Source: Felis catus
Lineage: Eukaryota
Direction: 5' to 3'
Assembly: GCF_018350175.1 (NCBI RefSeq)
Contig: NC_058369.1
Location: 49,972,001 to 50,036,000, forward strand
Length of the DNA stretch: 64,000 bases
How positions within the stretch are numbered: the first letter of the stretch is position 1; each line of letters opens with the position of its first letter. Shown here in pieces: positions 51,316-64,000 of this stretch. The notes below the pieces were generated by a model, which saw nothing but the letters and a program-made list of their open reading frames with translations, did no database searches and was not told the DNA's origin. A program made the position numbers and the translations under genes.

Positions 51316-52353
51316 AGTGTCTGATTAATTTCAAACACATGCAGACCAGGCCAAATCCCCATACTAAAGTACAATGTCATGGCACACTCTTTCTAATTCC
51401 TGGCACCAAATGCATTTGCAGTTCTACAGTTATATGGGTTCTTTGAGAAGTAAGTGTAAGGGCCCCAAAATACCTGGAAAATTTCATTTCTTGGCATTGC
51501 CTGTAGTGCATTGGTTAAATTAAAATGGAGATTGGGGATTCTGAGAGACCTGGGCTTATTTCTAAGCACCAGGACTTTAATTTGACCTTTGTGAATAGTG
51601 TTAATTAGGGAGACCAACTCTTTGTGGTTTGTCCAGAGCATTCCTGGGTTCAGCACTAAAAGTCCTGCATTCAAGCCCTGATTCAGTCTGGGGCAAACCA
51701 AGACCATCCGTTTCCTTCAGTTCCTTTATGCACAGCCTGATCAGTGGTTGTCAGACTTGAGCTGTGCATGCAGATCCCCTGGGGGGCTTGAACAGCAATG
51801 GCTAGGCCCTACACCAAGTAAATGAGTTAGTGGGTCTGGGGTGAGAACTGAGGATTTGCACCGCTACCAAGTTCCAAGGTGTGTGGGGGTCCACACCTCG
51901 AGAACCACCACGAGGCGGTGTAAGATTTGCCTGAGCTTGGGCTTAGCACAGTGGTTAGAAGGCTGCAAGGCCTAGTAGTCGTTCCAGCTGCAACTGATTA
52001 TTTTTTTTATGGAAAAGATGGCGACGTGAGCTGGTCTCAAAAAAGTAGGTGGGGCTGAAGCTCCCTGAGGTTTGATAAGCCTGAGCAAAAAAACAAAAAA
52101 ACAGACCCCAGTGTGTATTTCAAAGAACTTCCAGAGGCTCAAGTGATTGGAAAGAGAATCTGGGTAGAAATAGTAGATGATATGGAAGTAAAAATAGATA
52201 AATTTGGACTGGTGAAGTGGGCCACATTCTAGGAGAATGGAGACATCTAACACTCAACAACGTTTATCCCTCTTAAAGTGGCTTAATTAAACTTCAAAAT
52301 GAGATGGGTGTGAGTATCCTTGATCTAAACAAATTATTAGGAGTTGGGAATAC

Positions 52354-52572
52354 GTGTGCCTGGGTGGCTCAATTGCTTAAGCATCCAGTTTCGGCTCAGA
52401 TCATAATTTCAAGGTTTGTGAGCTCGAGCCCTACATTTGCCTCTGTGCTGTTGGTGCAAAGCCCACTCCGGATCCTTTGTCTCCCTGTCTCTCTGCCTTT
52501 CCCCCTTTCACACAAGTTCTCTCTCTCTCTCTCTCTCAAAAATAAGTAAACATAAAAAAAAATTTTTTTAAA
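52354..52572 (+). mobile_element. Can-SINE (diverged)
   Basis: gcctgggtggctcaattgcttaagc...gagctcgagccc, CT tract, A tail. Confidence 0.9.
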
Positions 52573-54076
52573 AGGAAATACTTGAAAATAAACCCCAAAA
52601 TGACTTGCCTCTTGCCTTAGTTATTATGATTTTGTTCTTTTTTAAAGTGGTAACAGTTTCTAGAAGACAGTTTTCAACATGCTGTCCCCCAAGCCACTGT
52701 CTGTCCAGTCGTCTCCAGACCTTGGGTTGGAGGGTGAGCCCCAGCTCCCCAGTCTGGTACTAAACATAAGTGACCTCTCGCCCCTCACTTGGGCTTCCAG
52801 GGAGGGAGCAGATAAATCAACTGAAGCCAATACCCTGGTGCTTTTCTCCTACAGGCTCTGCCTGTGGTTCTGATTCACTTTCTCCTCCAACCACTGCCTC
52901 TCTAGCTGCCTTCAAAGCCTGTCCATTGCCTTGAACATGTATACTTTAGTTTATTTAGCACAACAGAGTTGGATGGTAAAAATACTGAGACCAATGTGAT
53001 CATGGCCTTGTACTACTGCCCCCAACGCTAACCTGGAACCCCCCCCCCCCCAACTCCTACAGACACACTGTCCCGCCTGTTTGGATCCAACTGGCCTAAT
53101 GCCCAGAGTCAAGGCTAGACCTGTAGGAGGCCGTCTGAGGTCTGGAGACTCCTAGTGTGGTAGGAAATCATAGGGTCTGGATTCCAAAAACATGAGTATG
53201 AATTATGTCCTGAGCAGCAAATCCCATTAGATCTATGAGCTCAGTTTTTTTTTTTTTTTTTCATGAGACAAATGCAAAGTGTCCACATCCTAAGGTTGTT
53301 GTGAAAACCCAGTGAGATAAGGAATGTAAATATACTTTGTAAACTGTCAAGTGCTATATCCTTGATGGAAAGTACCAGAGCAGATCAGATGAGAGCACAA
53401 CTCTGAAGTAAGACCCGCTGGTTTCACTTCTTGGCTTCACCACTTGCTAGCCATTAGATCCTGAAGAAGAGGCTGAACCTCTCTGGGCCGGCTTCCTCAT
53501 CTGAAAAGGAAGTCACTAACAGTACCTCTCTCACAGGCTTGTCAAGCATAAATATTATGAATATGCCTGGCATATGCCTGGCACATGAGGTCTACTCAAT
53601 AAATGTTAGCTACAGTCAGAGTCATTAGGAAAACTATAACATTTTGGCTTGAAGTACAGATGAAGGTAGAGTGAGGGGACCCCCCCCTTCCCCATAGGGG
53701 CTCCAGCACAGACCATTCTGAATGGACAAGTTGCTTCTCCTTTCTCAGTCTGTCATGCATCCTCTGTTGTTTAGGAATAATGATTATCCTTCATAGTGTC
53801 ATCATAATTGTTCAGGAAAAATGCTTAAGTAAGTAATATCAATCCATGGATTGTCAAGCTGTTAATAGTTGGGAATTGTTGATAGCAATAGAGTCATTGC
53901 TGGAATCATTTTTTCCTGTTGATGATGGCAGTTCTTTTCTGGGCCTTCTCATAATTTCACCCCACCCCACTCTTCACTACCCTGACTCTACCTTCTCTCC
54001 TTGGTGGGGAGGAAAAGGTTTGTTTTTAAGAAACAGCATGTTGGCTAATAATTTTTAATAACACATATGCTTATAG

Positions 54077-54292
54077 GGGCTCCTGGATGGCTCAGTCGGT
54101 TAAGCGTCCAACTCTTGATTTTGGCTCAGGTCGTGATCTGACAGTTCATGAGATCAAGTCCCATGTCAGTGCTGACAGCTGACAATGTGGAGCCTGCTTG
54201 GGATTCTCTCTCTACCTCTGTCTGCCCCTCACCTGCTCTCTCTCTCTCACTCTCTCTCTCAAAATAGAATAAATAAAACTTAAAAAACAAAG
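54077..54292 (+). mobile_element. Can-SINE
   Basis: TSD aacacatatgct on both sides. Confidence 0.93.
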
Positions 54293-56878
54293 AACACATA
54301 TGCTCAGAGACTTTACCTGTAAAAATAAAGTCAGGGTAATTGACTTGAAACAGAATTTAGTGTCAATATTCAGAACACCCCGGCTCAGAAAGCAAACCCA
54401 TGGAGAGTCAGGAGTGCATGTGATGGTGTTAAGATAGAATTTTCAAAAACATAAAATCACAACTCTTGTGCAAATATACAATAAAACTTAGTAAAGATTT
54501 TACTCAACTCATTAGTTAATAAAGTAATCAGTAAGATATTTAGGCCAGTTCATAAAGCATCTGAAGGGCTGTATATTTCAATGTTAGGACAAGATTGATG
54601 GGTTAGGTACGTAACTAGCTAATGTCCAACAGGACAATAAACCATAACCTTTAAGGTTATCTGTTTCAAAAAGACAAAAACTGCTTGTATTTGTATCTTT
54701 ACTGGACAAAAAAATCTGTAAGTTAACACGTGACTGCACCAAGTCTTGGGGTAAAGCAAAGTAAATTTGTCTAGATAATCCTCATGGGGGTGGGGAGTGT
54801 CCTATTGTCACCATAGGACACTGAGAAGATGTGCCACCCACTTTTCTGCCTCATGCTCAACGTTTGGATAATTGTTTTTAACGATGGTAAATATTTTACT
54901 TTGCAAACAACCTTTTAATCTGATTTATGGCTTACTACAGCCTGGTGGAGGCAGAAAGGGCAGGGAAAACCCATTTCTCAGAGGAGGAAACCGAGTTACA
55001 CAATGGGAGGAGAACTCACATTTCCTAATCCCAAATCCTCACTCCTACACTTCATATTGTATGTCCTCTTTTCCCTTCTTCATCCCCGTCCTGCCTTGTT
55101 CTTGGCTACATCTCCTCCCTGTAATACTTCCCCTGGCGGTTCACCTGAAGGAAATGCTCAAAGTGAGGAGAAGGCCCTGTGGCCCCCTGCCCTTTGCACC
55201 CCGTGGCCCTTGCGCCCCCACGGCTCCTGGCCTAGCTAAGTCCTTTCAAGTCCCTGACAAGATTCAGTTCCACAACATCCTACTCCCCCAGAGCCAAAGA
55301 AAATTGTCAAAACATTTTATCTCCCCTCAAGAAAAGGGTTAGAGTACATGCTACATTCCAGGGACCCATTTTTTAAAGTGATGGCTGCTTTTAAGCTCTT
55401 CTGTGTTCAGCTACTGTGAACCACTGTGAGCAGCCACTGGGCCATCTTCCATCTGAGACCGAGTCCGCATCGGAGAAACCTACTGTTTATAAACCAGAAT
55501 GTCTTGTATGAAACGCTGTTTCTGCTTGGTGTTTTCCTCCCCTCAATAAACAGGATCATCATTTTCTGTGTCCCAGATAGCTAGGTCTGTCTGGCTCCTG
55601 GATAAATGACATGCAGTGGACAAAATGGCTATTTATTGTGCTAAGCAGTCAGCCAGGAAACTGGCTGCAAGTGTGTCCTGATGGCCCAAATCTGCTGCTT
55701 CCTTGCAAGGCCATCTATTTTTCTCTCCCACGGACTTCTGTCACCATGGAAACTGTCCCACTAGCAGGATGAAGGCTAAGGCCAACTGTCTGCCTCCTCC
55801 CCTTAGTCAGAGAGACAACATTTGCACGCATGAAGCAAAGTAGACAGTAAGAAAGTCTATGAGGTATGCGCTTAGAAAGTAGTTCCTCTGAAGCTCTCTA
55901 GAATTCTGAAGCTGGGAAAAGAATTGTCTTAGAATGTCTGATTCAGGGTCTCTCAGACCGTTTACACAAGGTACAGTGACAACAAGAACAAACACTCGGT
56001 GCATAATATGTGCATGCCAAGCCCTTTCCATGCAGCAACCCACATAACCCTCACAGTAACTCTGCAAGACCAGTGACTTGCCGAGGTCCAGCAGAAGAGC
56101 CATCCACCATTTGGAAACACATCATACAAGAGGATTCTGGGTAACAGAATTCCAACAACCTCGATCCAGGCCAGTTTTCTCATTTTACAGGGGAGCAACT
56201 TAGATGGGGCAAGGAAATGAGTCGCCTCTAGCCGCACAGCTAATAAATGTCAGAGCTGGCACCATAGAGCCAGCCCCCCGCCGCAGGCCCGTGCTCTTCT
56301 GTGCTGCCTTACATCACTAGTTCTAGCCAGACCCTGAGCCAGCAGCTCGGCCCTGCCGGCCAAGCATCAGGTCTAATCCCCTTATAGGATGACTGTTGAA
56401 TCTGCCGCTCATTAGAAGAATGGCAATGCTCACACGCAGGGTGTTTTGCCACTTATGAAATGCTTCCACCTAGCTCTTCTGTTTCCAGGCTTTGCTGCCT
56501 CTGGGTCTAAAACAATCCAACAATGAAGCCTTATTCATACGTTGTATACCTTCCAAAATAACCATTGAATCACTCAAACATTAAGTGCGGAAGGATGGCT
56601 GCATTTCAACTAGTAGAATCCAAGGTAACAGGAGGCAGAAAGGAGAGATGAAAGTTTCAAGGTTTTAGATGCCAGGGTCTTAGAGAGTAAAGTTCCACGT
56701 GTGAGTGAAAGCTCCACAGCTTAGGACGATGACTTGATGGTGAGCATGCTCTTGTTTTCAATTTTCAACACGAATCTAGCAATGAACGGGCACAAGTCGG
56801 AACGTGATCCCCTTTAGATATGTGCAGTGTGGCTCTTACTCTCCAAAGTTGTGAATGTGTATAAGAACAGCATAGTAT

Positions 56879-57072
56879 GGGGGCACCTCGGTGACTCAGT
56901 CGGTGGAGCGTTCAACTTCAGCTCAGGTCACGATCTCACAGTTTGTGAGTTCAAGTCCCACCTCATGCTCACTGCTGTCAGCACAGAGCCTGCTTCAGAT
57001 CCTCTGTCCATCTCTTTCTCTGCCCCTCCCACACCCCTCCCCTCAAAAATAAACATTAAAAGGAAACTTTAC
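56879..57072 (+). mobile_element. Can-SINE
   Basis: Perfect TSD agaacagcatagta at 56864-56877 and 57073-57086. Confidence 0.93.
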
Positions 57073-58759
57073 AGAACAGCATAGTACGAGAAGATACGGT
57101 GCAAACCGCAGTTGTCCAAGTGGGGGTGTGAAACCTAGGTGTCATCGTGGGAAGATTTGAGCAACAGAAGAGAAATCTGGTAAAGAATAACTGTGACCTT
57201 CGTGTACTTCTCTGGATTCTAACAGTAGCAGTGAGGGTGGACCCACAAGTTTCACTCCTTTTTTTCCTGCTTAAAAGCAGGAAGAGGAAACAGGGGTACT
57301 CAGAATACAAGACACCCCCACACACACCATCATGCCCTTTCATATCTTTTTGCCCTCACACATTTCTCTTCCAAGAATCTCCTTCTCCCTTTCTGCCTGC
57401 TCATTTTGCATAGCCCCCATCCAGAGTCACCTCTTCTAAGAAGCCTGACTGGACTTCCCCTACAGGTTTATTGACACCTTCCTCTGGGCACCTAAACTCT
57501 GTGTGCAAAACAACAGCAGTTACCATCTTGAGTACCTCATGTGAATGGGCACTTTGCATACATTATCTTTGTACCCATTTGACAAGTAAGGAGACTGAGG
57601 CTCAGTTGGTCCAAGGCCAGTATGGCTGGTAAGTCCCGAAGCTGGGTTGGGAATCTTGGTCTCCCAGGCTCCAAAGTCCAGCCTCTGCCACACAAAAGGC
57701 AGCTTCCTTTGCCTCAAACTTACCCCTTCCAGGAGCAGGTGATAAGTATGTGTTTCTCTCTTCATCCCCCTCTAGTCTGTGAGTACTCCTAGGGCACACC
57801 CGAATCTTATGATGTATCCCTGTGCCTGACATACAGTAGATACTAAATTAGTGGTTAAATGAATCAAATGTCTGTTGAATGAGGAGCTTATCCGTTTATC
57901 TTACTAGTTGATGAGGACTTGTTCTTGATAAAATCATAGTACGTGTGCATACCTGCCACCAAGTCTTCCCCACCCCCAGTTGAGAGTTAGGGAAGTTTCT
58001 CAGCCAGCAGATCCATACACTAACCCCAGGCTTCTCCCATCTTAATGTCATACAAATCTCCCGGGAAGTTTGTTGGTGTGCGGATTCTGATTCCGAGGGC
58101 TGGAGCGGAGCCCGAGGGTCTGTGCTTCTGGCAAGCTTCCCATAATGCTGCTGATTTGAAGACCCCGTTTGAGAGTCTTTGAGAGTCATTCGGGTCTCAA
58201 CACATCGGCAGCGGCTGGTGACAAAGAATAAAACCTGTGCCGGGTGTTGTTCTCCTTCCAAAGGACAACCAGATTTCAAATGCTCTGATTTTCCGTGGTT
58301 TAGCGAAATATTTAAGTTATGCTTTGAGCTATAGACACGTGGCAGCATGCGCATTTGTTTGTGCCTGTAGCTTTGGTTTAATCACACCCTATCAATAAAT
58401 CACAAATAAATGAGGGAGAGGAGGCACTCACTGGAAGATTCCATTCCAGTGACAAGTGGACCAGGGGAGCTGATGAATATAAAGGGAGGAGCAGAGGGTT
58501 TTCAACACAGCCCTGGTGGCTGGTGACAGCACTGAAAGGCCAGCAATAAGCCCCTGTCTCATTCCATTTTTACTGGCAAGGACCCCACCCTTCCCCACTT
58601 GCCTGCCCTATGGCCACTTCCCTGGCTGGTCTTATTCAGCTTGAGCCCTTTGAACCCCACACAATCCCTTTGCTGGCATGCCAAGTCTTTTAGAGGTCAA
58701 GCATCCCCGATCCAAGACTTGTGGAAGTGAAACACCCTCTTTTCTGTCTCCTTTTCCAG

Positions 58760-58848
58760 ATGTCCCTGGGCCAGCAGCAGTCAGCAAGAGGTGTGCCTTG
58801 TTTGAGATGCAAGGGGACGTGTTCGGGCTTCGAGCCACATCCATGGAG
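58760..58848 (+). CDS. LMCD1: LMCD1 coding exon 2 (89 nt, [30 protein letters not shown], start of the cysteine-rich domain)
   Basis: Polypyrimidine tract ccctcttttctgtctccttttcCAG (58735-58759), then an in-frame continuation of exon 1. Translation matches the LMCD1/testin-family CxxCxxxCxGFExHxWR motif. Donor AG|GTAACA at 58849, phase 2. This frame is absent from the ORF track. Confidence 0.96.
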
Positions 58849-61739
58849 GTAACAGACTTTGTCAGGAGAAGCTCTGCCTGCCTGCACTTCTTGGCTGTCC
58901 TTTCTGGGAACCCCAGCCATTCTTCTCTGCTGGGACTGCTCACTTAGGATGCATGCATTTCAGGGAGGACTGGCTCCAGAGTGAACGCACTCCTGCTTGG
59001 CCTCATTCAGAAATGACAGAAAAGCCCTTAGGAGCCAAGATGAGGAAGGAGCTTAGTGCTTCATGCACCGTTTTGAGGTGGAGACCACCAAGCTGGCCCC
59101 ACGAAGGACTGCACTGGGCAGATGTGGGCAGATGTTAGTTGGTGCCTCGTCCTCTCTGGACTGCTCTATCCTTGGGCTTGGTGCATGTGGCGGATCTCCC
59201 CATATGGTGCCGTCACCCCATTTGGATCTCAGAGTACCCCTGGGCCAGAAATAAAAGTCACTGTGTCCACAGTATTTAAAAACCAGGCGCTACATTCATA
59301 TCCGTGAGGGAGGGCCATGAGATCCAGCTGGACTTGGAACTGTAGAGTGTTTCTTTCTCTCTTTTTATTGAGGAATCTGAAAAGCAGAGGTGGAGACCTC
59401 ACACTGCACAGTCCCCAGGCGCTATTCCCATCAGCATCTGTGTGGAGTTGTGCAGGGCACACAGCCTGTGTGACTGTCCTGGCAGCCCTGGAAGAGAGAG
59501 GCTAACCTCTGTAGGGCACGATAGAGAAGTTGAGCTTTTGATGCCCCTGCCAGAGGGGTTCCTGGGGCACTCAGAGCAGGAGTGAAATTTGGGAGGTATT
59601 TGTCTCAAAGTTGTTGATTTCCATGGTGGGATGGCAATTAGAAAAACATTCATTGCTAAATCTTGTATGTTGGAATATTGAAGCAATCCTGAGCAGTTGG
59701 TATTAGTATCTCAGTGTCTCCATTTTTCATATCAGGAAACTGAGGCTGGCTAACAGGGGTGGGGAGGGGATGGCTACTAAACGCCAGGATTCAAAGTTGG
59801 GTCTTTGTGAAACCCCACTCCATGCTCTTAGACATTCTACAGTAGTACTGTGGGTCGTGAGCTTTTGAAGCACGGGACTGTTCCTTGACTCCATTCCCTG
59901 ACAGTCCTTGACCTCACAGGAGCTCATGTGGTCTTCTGGATGCAAGCGACTTTCAAAGTCATCCAAACCCCACTGTATCCCCCGCACAGATTCCTCCTAC
60001 AGCTAGCACACTTCCTGTTGGGGGAATGCCCCACGCATCTAGTTTGGCCACTAGAGCTCTTTCTGGCCTTGAGGAGTCAGCTTCCCTATCATTCCGCCCC
60101 CTTGGTGCTGAACCTGCCATCAGGGTGTCACGGAACAATGCTGACTCCTCATCAGCTCTCCAAGGACAGCTGGGATGCCTCCTTTCAGAATCCTTAGGGC
60201 AGCGGGGAGGGATAATGTTCCCTGAATGCACCCCCCGACTCAGTCAATAATGTTTCCCCCTCTCAATGTTCAGCCCCTTGCTGCCTCTTGTCTGACATCT
60301 GAACAGGGTCATTTAACATATTCTGTCTGGTTTTCTAGCTGTTTATGGCAGGAGGACACTTCTGGGCCCTGTTCTTCAGGACTGTAAGCAAGGAGTCTCA
60401 GCATTGTTGTAATCCCTACATTCCCCCACCATTCTACAAAAGGACGTGAACGTCCGGTGAATTTATCCTTGAGAAATGCAGACTGCAGCCTCGGGTCCCC
60501 CATAGCAAGCATTGTATTTGGTTTGAATCACTTTAATGGGGACTTAAATTCAAGCCACACTGGAGCAGTGAGGTCCCAGAACCTTAGCAGGGAAGCTACA
60601 TAAAACCATTTTTATGCTCCAATTTTCACACTGTCAGTAGTTAGAAATTTATTTAAATGACCCAAGTGGCAGCCAGCCTGGTTTAGTGAGCAATTCCCTC
60701 AAACAATAATTCATGTGCTCACTCACCTTGAACAAACACTTCCCTTCTGTAAGCCTCACCTTTTCCATCTGATAAATAGGAGCATTGGAGCCAACGTGCT
60801 CTTGGTTCCCCTTCTGGCTTTACAATCCATAGTTTCAGGCCAGTTGTCTGTAATCAAACTTGTGATTGACATGGTTAATGGAATTAGAATGGTATTAGAG
60901 GCACAGAATGGTAGAGTTATTTGAAGAGGACAGTATGGAGTGAAGGCAAGAGCAGGCTTTCAGAACCAGCATATCATGAAAATGGAAGGGGAGGCTCCCC
61001 CAGCAGCCTGCAGCCTCCCACTTCCCAGATGGACATGCTGGGCTTGCTGGCATTCCGAGACAACCTCAGGATGCTGAACTGCCCTTCAGGGCAGTGGCAA
61101 ACATGCCTCCAGGACTTCAGGCTTTTCAGAGAGAGCCCAACAGAAAGTCTCTTCCTTGCATGCAGAGATATTTTTACATTATCTTTATTGTAATAACTTT
61201 ATTTTTTTTTTTAATGTCTACTGACTCCAGTGAGTAGAGAAAAACCGCAATTTGAGGGAAGCAGGGACACAGTATGAAAAATGGGAGACAGACCACACAG
61301 GCGCTTCAAATTACAAAGTTTTACATGCTTCAGGGGTCACTCTCCAATGGATTCTCCTGGTCTCCTCATTGTGACGTGCCTTCTGATGAGGTCTTGTCTC
61401 CATACCAGCTGCGGGAATTATATTGTTCCCTCTGCTTCTGCCCAGGGCAGTGGATCTTCACAGATAACTGTGCCCTGAGATTTGGGCTTCCTTTGCTTTT
61501 TGACAATCTAGAGAAAGTCAACCAGGGCCACTTAAATTCCCGGAAGGGACTGACTAGTGACTCTGGCATTTTGATGTGCATCCGAATTACCTCTGAACAG
61601 GATTACAAGTACCCATGACCAGATCCCGCTCCTGACCAGTGCATCTGACTAGCTGGGGCCAGGGAGGGCATCTTCAAGTTTACCAAGCTGCCCAGGTGAT
61701 TTGGATGCATAGCAAAGTGTGAAAACTCATCAAATAGAC

Positions 61740-62069
61740 CAGGGGTCAGCTAACTTGCTGTAAATAGCCCATTAGTAAACATTTTAGGTTTGTCAAGCCA
61801 TAGGGTCTCTGGCATAACCAATCAACTTGGTCCTTGTAGCATGAAAGCATCCATTAAGCGTGTAAATGAATGAATGTGATTATGTTCTGTAGATCTCTAT
61901 TTCAGGACACTGACATTCAAATTTCCTATCATTTTCTTGTATCACAAGATAGTAATCTTCTTTTGAATTTTTTCAGCCATCTAACGATGTAAAAACTCTT
62001 CTTCACAGGCTGTGCAAAAATAGGTGATGGGTCAGATTCAGCCAATGGAATGTAGTTTGCCAACCCCTA
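61740..62069. mobile_element. MER58B-like hAT-Charlie element
   Basis: TIRs caggggtcagc / gccaaccccta, ~330 bp. Degenerate 8-bp TSD aaatagac / atgtagac. Confidence 0.8.
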
Positions 62070-63217
62070 ATGTAGACCAACTCTCTCATTGTCAGATAGG
62101 AAATTTGACCACGGGCTGGTGTTGGGCTAGTGTTGAGGCTGGCATTACATTCCAAGGCTTTGCCTCTTCCACCATTCCAGGTAGCCCAGGAGAGATTACA
62201 GAAATGGCCATTTTAACACCTTTGGGGATCTTCCTGGGTGTGTCCGTGCCCTCTTCAGTCTGGGTGCCTGGAAAGAGTAGAGTGGGGCCAGAGGGGTGCC
62301 TTCTTCATTTATGGTGTCCCAGCAACAATACCTGGCAACATGACGGCATGAATAAAAGGAAAAATAATACTGACATAATGTCAAAGAATATCTCATATCC
62401 GTCAACATTTTCCATTTCAAGGTGTTTTGCATTCCACACATCTCTAATAGCATCCTGAGAGTCTACATTAACCAAATAAGCAAATTCAGCCTCCCCACCC
62501 AACTCCACACATGGAAGGCATTGGGGGTCCAAGGGTCCACTTGGACACTGGGCTTTCCCTCACTTCTTTCCACTTCCTCCTTCCATTTCCTCCTCTGCTG
62601 CTGTCACTCCCTACGTGTAAACTAGTGGTTTATTCCCTACCTTAGGGAAGCAGTCTCCTCCATGTCTATCTCATGAAAGGGAGAGGCAAGAGAATATTTA
62701 TCATGAGTAAGATGCCCCAATTCTGAAAACACGAGCAACAGAGAAAAAAAGAAAAGACTTCTTGGTTTTGCCCCACGTCATCTTTAGGGTCATATTCTCT
62801 TTTGTAGTGCTGGAATTATTCTTGAGATCAACAATTTTACCATTTCTCAAATTATAGCCCACGGAACGTGGACTGGGGCTGCAAGCTTCTCCTTGAATAA
62901 CACTGGAAACGCTGCATTTTCCCTGACTTAAAGTCACGCTGTACATCAGTGTGTTAAAAACAAGAATCATCCTTGCACTGAAGAAACTCGTTTCACCATC
63001 TGTAACCCACTGTTTCCCCACACTGAGCCTTTTTCCATGTGCCACATACTTACATGCTGGGGGAACTGGTCCAGACTAGCGGAACCACCCCAGAGGATAT
63101 GTGACTCTCATATGGCCCAACCTTACTCTATGTTACATTTTCCATCTGATTTGCTTTCCCTCTCCCTACTATAGGCTCCTGGAAGGGTGCGCTGGGTCCT
63201 CCTCACTTTATATTAGA

Positions 63218-63429
63218 CAAGGTTTCTCAACCTCAGCACCACTGATGTTTGGGGCAGGATAATTCTTTGCGGTGGAGGGGGCCATCCTATATTTTATGGG
63301 ATGTTTAGCAGCATCCCTGGCCTCTACCCTCTAGAAGCCAGTAGCACTCCATTGCCATAATCAAAGGTGTCTTCAGACATTGCCAAATGCCTCCTGGGCA
63401 TCAGAATTGACCTTAGTTTGGAACCACTG
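63218..63429. mobile_element. MER20 hAT-Charlie element
   Basis: tttctcaacctcagcac...ggataattctttg...gatgtttagcagcatccctggcctctacc...cagacattgccaaatg...gaaccactg. Confidence 0.88.
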
Positions 63430-64000
63430 AGGTAGACTATCAAGGTGTGCTCCTGCGGGCCTCCCAGGCAATATTTGTGATACATGGGTGAACATACCAA
63501 TCTCCTGAGTTTAGAAGAGAAAAAAAGGAGGGTTCTTTCAGGCATGCCTAGCTGTGAGGCGCCCACGCTACTGCAGTGACACCTCTTTTGCTTGGGCCTG
63601 CCCCATCCATCCCTTCTGCAGTTTCCGACGTTGCTTGCTTTACTTAACAAGCTCTTAAGTCTCATGCATGGGAGCAAGTGAGATACAGCACGCCTCAGGA
63701 GTCACAGCACACCTCAGGTGACAAGCCAGAAAGGGAGGGAAGAGGTTTTCCTCTACACCGCGAACACTCTGGATTTCACAACCTTAACAGCATGGCACAA
63801 GGCAGCCAGATGCTTTTGTTTCTCATTGTCAGAGAGAAGTGTCAGGCTTTCAAGTGAATGTGAAGCTTCCCTAGGATGCTTTTCCTTCTTGCAGCCTCAC
63901 AACATAGCCTTGCCAGTGAATATCAATCTCTCCAGCCCAAGGGGTTTTCTTAGCTCATTCTCTTTCCCCTGGGTCCCAGCCACAAGTTGCTCAAAGAAAT

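Larger units (their letters stand above)
29444..58759 (+). other. LMCD1: LMCD1 intron 1 (29,316 nt, GT-AG)
   Basis: Bounded by GT at 29444 and AG at 58758-58759. Joining the two exons gives a continuous LMCD1 reading frame. Confidence 0.93.
58849..64000 (+). other. LMCD1: LMCD1 intron 2 (partial, runs off the window)
   Basis: Starts GTAACAG. I found no sequence encoding the expected next residues (KICKSCKC...) before 64000. Confidence 0.8.

Noticed and set aside
53561-53582. Small tandem duplications (atatgcctggc x2; similar ones at ~9546-9580 and ~58168-58187)
   Set aside because: Ordinary slippage-type micro-duplications inside old repeats.
58678-58947. 89-aa ORF overlapping exon 2
   Set aside because: It is in a different frame from the LMCD1-matching one and has no independent support.
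830-63677. All other ORF-track entries (60-187 aa), including the recurring 'SAQVMISQFVSSSPASGSVLTAQSLEPASDSVSP' peptides
   Set aside because: No recognisable domains or splice-consistent structure. The recurring peptide is translated Can-SINE, and others fall in LTR, L1, microsatellite or N-gap sequence.
56879-64000. Exon 2 circularisation through flanking inverted SINEs
   Set aside because: No Can-SINE was seen downstream of exon 2 within the window to pair with the upstream copies.

Overview
Mammalian genomic DNA from a feliform carnivoran, most likely a felid, judged by the many Can-SINE/SINEC_Fc-type insertions. The scaffold has two N gaps. The window holds the 5' end of one protein-coding gene on the + strand, LMCD1 (LIM and cysteine-rich domains 1, dyxin). 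A CpG-island promoter (~28780-29450) leads into coding exon 1 (29402-29443, MAKVAKDLNPGVQK), a 29.3-kb intron 1, and exon 2 (58760-58848, [30 protein letters not shown]). Exon 3 was not found and probably lies beyond 64000. The first ~28.7 kb is intergenic, or intronic to a possible divergent lncRNA. Most of the remaining recognisable sequence is transposon-derived: Can-SINEs, MIR, L2, old L1, MaLR/ERVL LTRs, and hAT and Tigger DNA elements. Apart from the one ORF that runs through exon 1, the ORF track is non-coding noise. I cannot support a new gene system here. The most unusual signals are: (i) a cluster of short, locally templated insertions at 20.8-23.8 kb; (ii) a highly ordered, probably bidirectional promoter (CArG, CRE, twin CCAAT boxes around a 14-bp palindrome) with an antisense splice donor; (iii) a 33-bp AT-rich palindrome in intron 1; (iv) nested, dimeric and internally duplicated SINEs; (v) an apparent Ser42Pro change in LMCD1. 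Repeat subfamily names and reference protein sequences come from memory, not from a search. Boundaries of old repeats are approximate.
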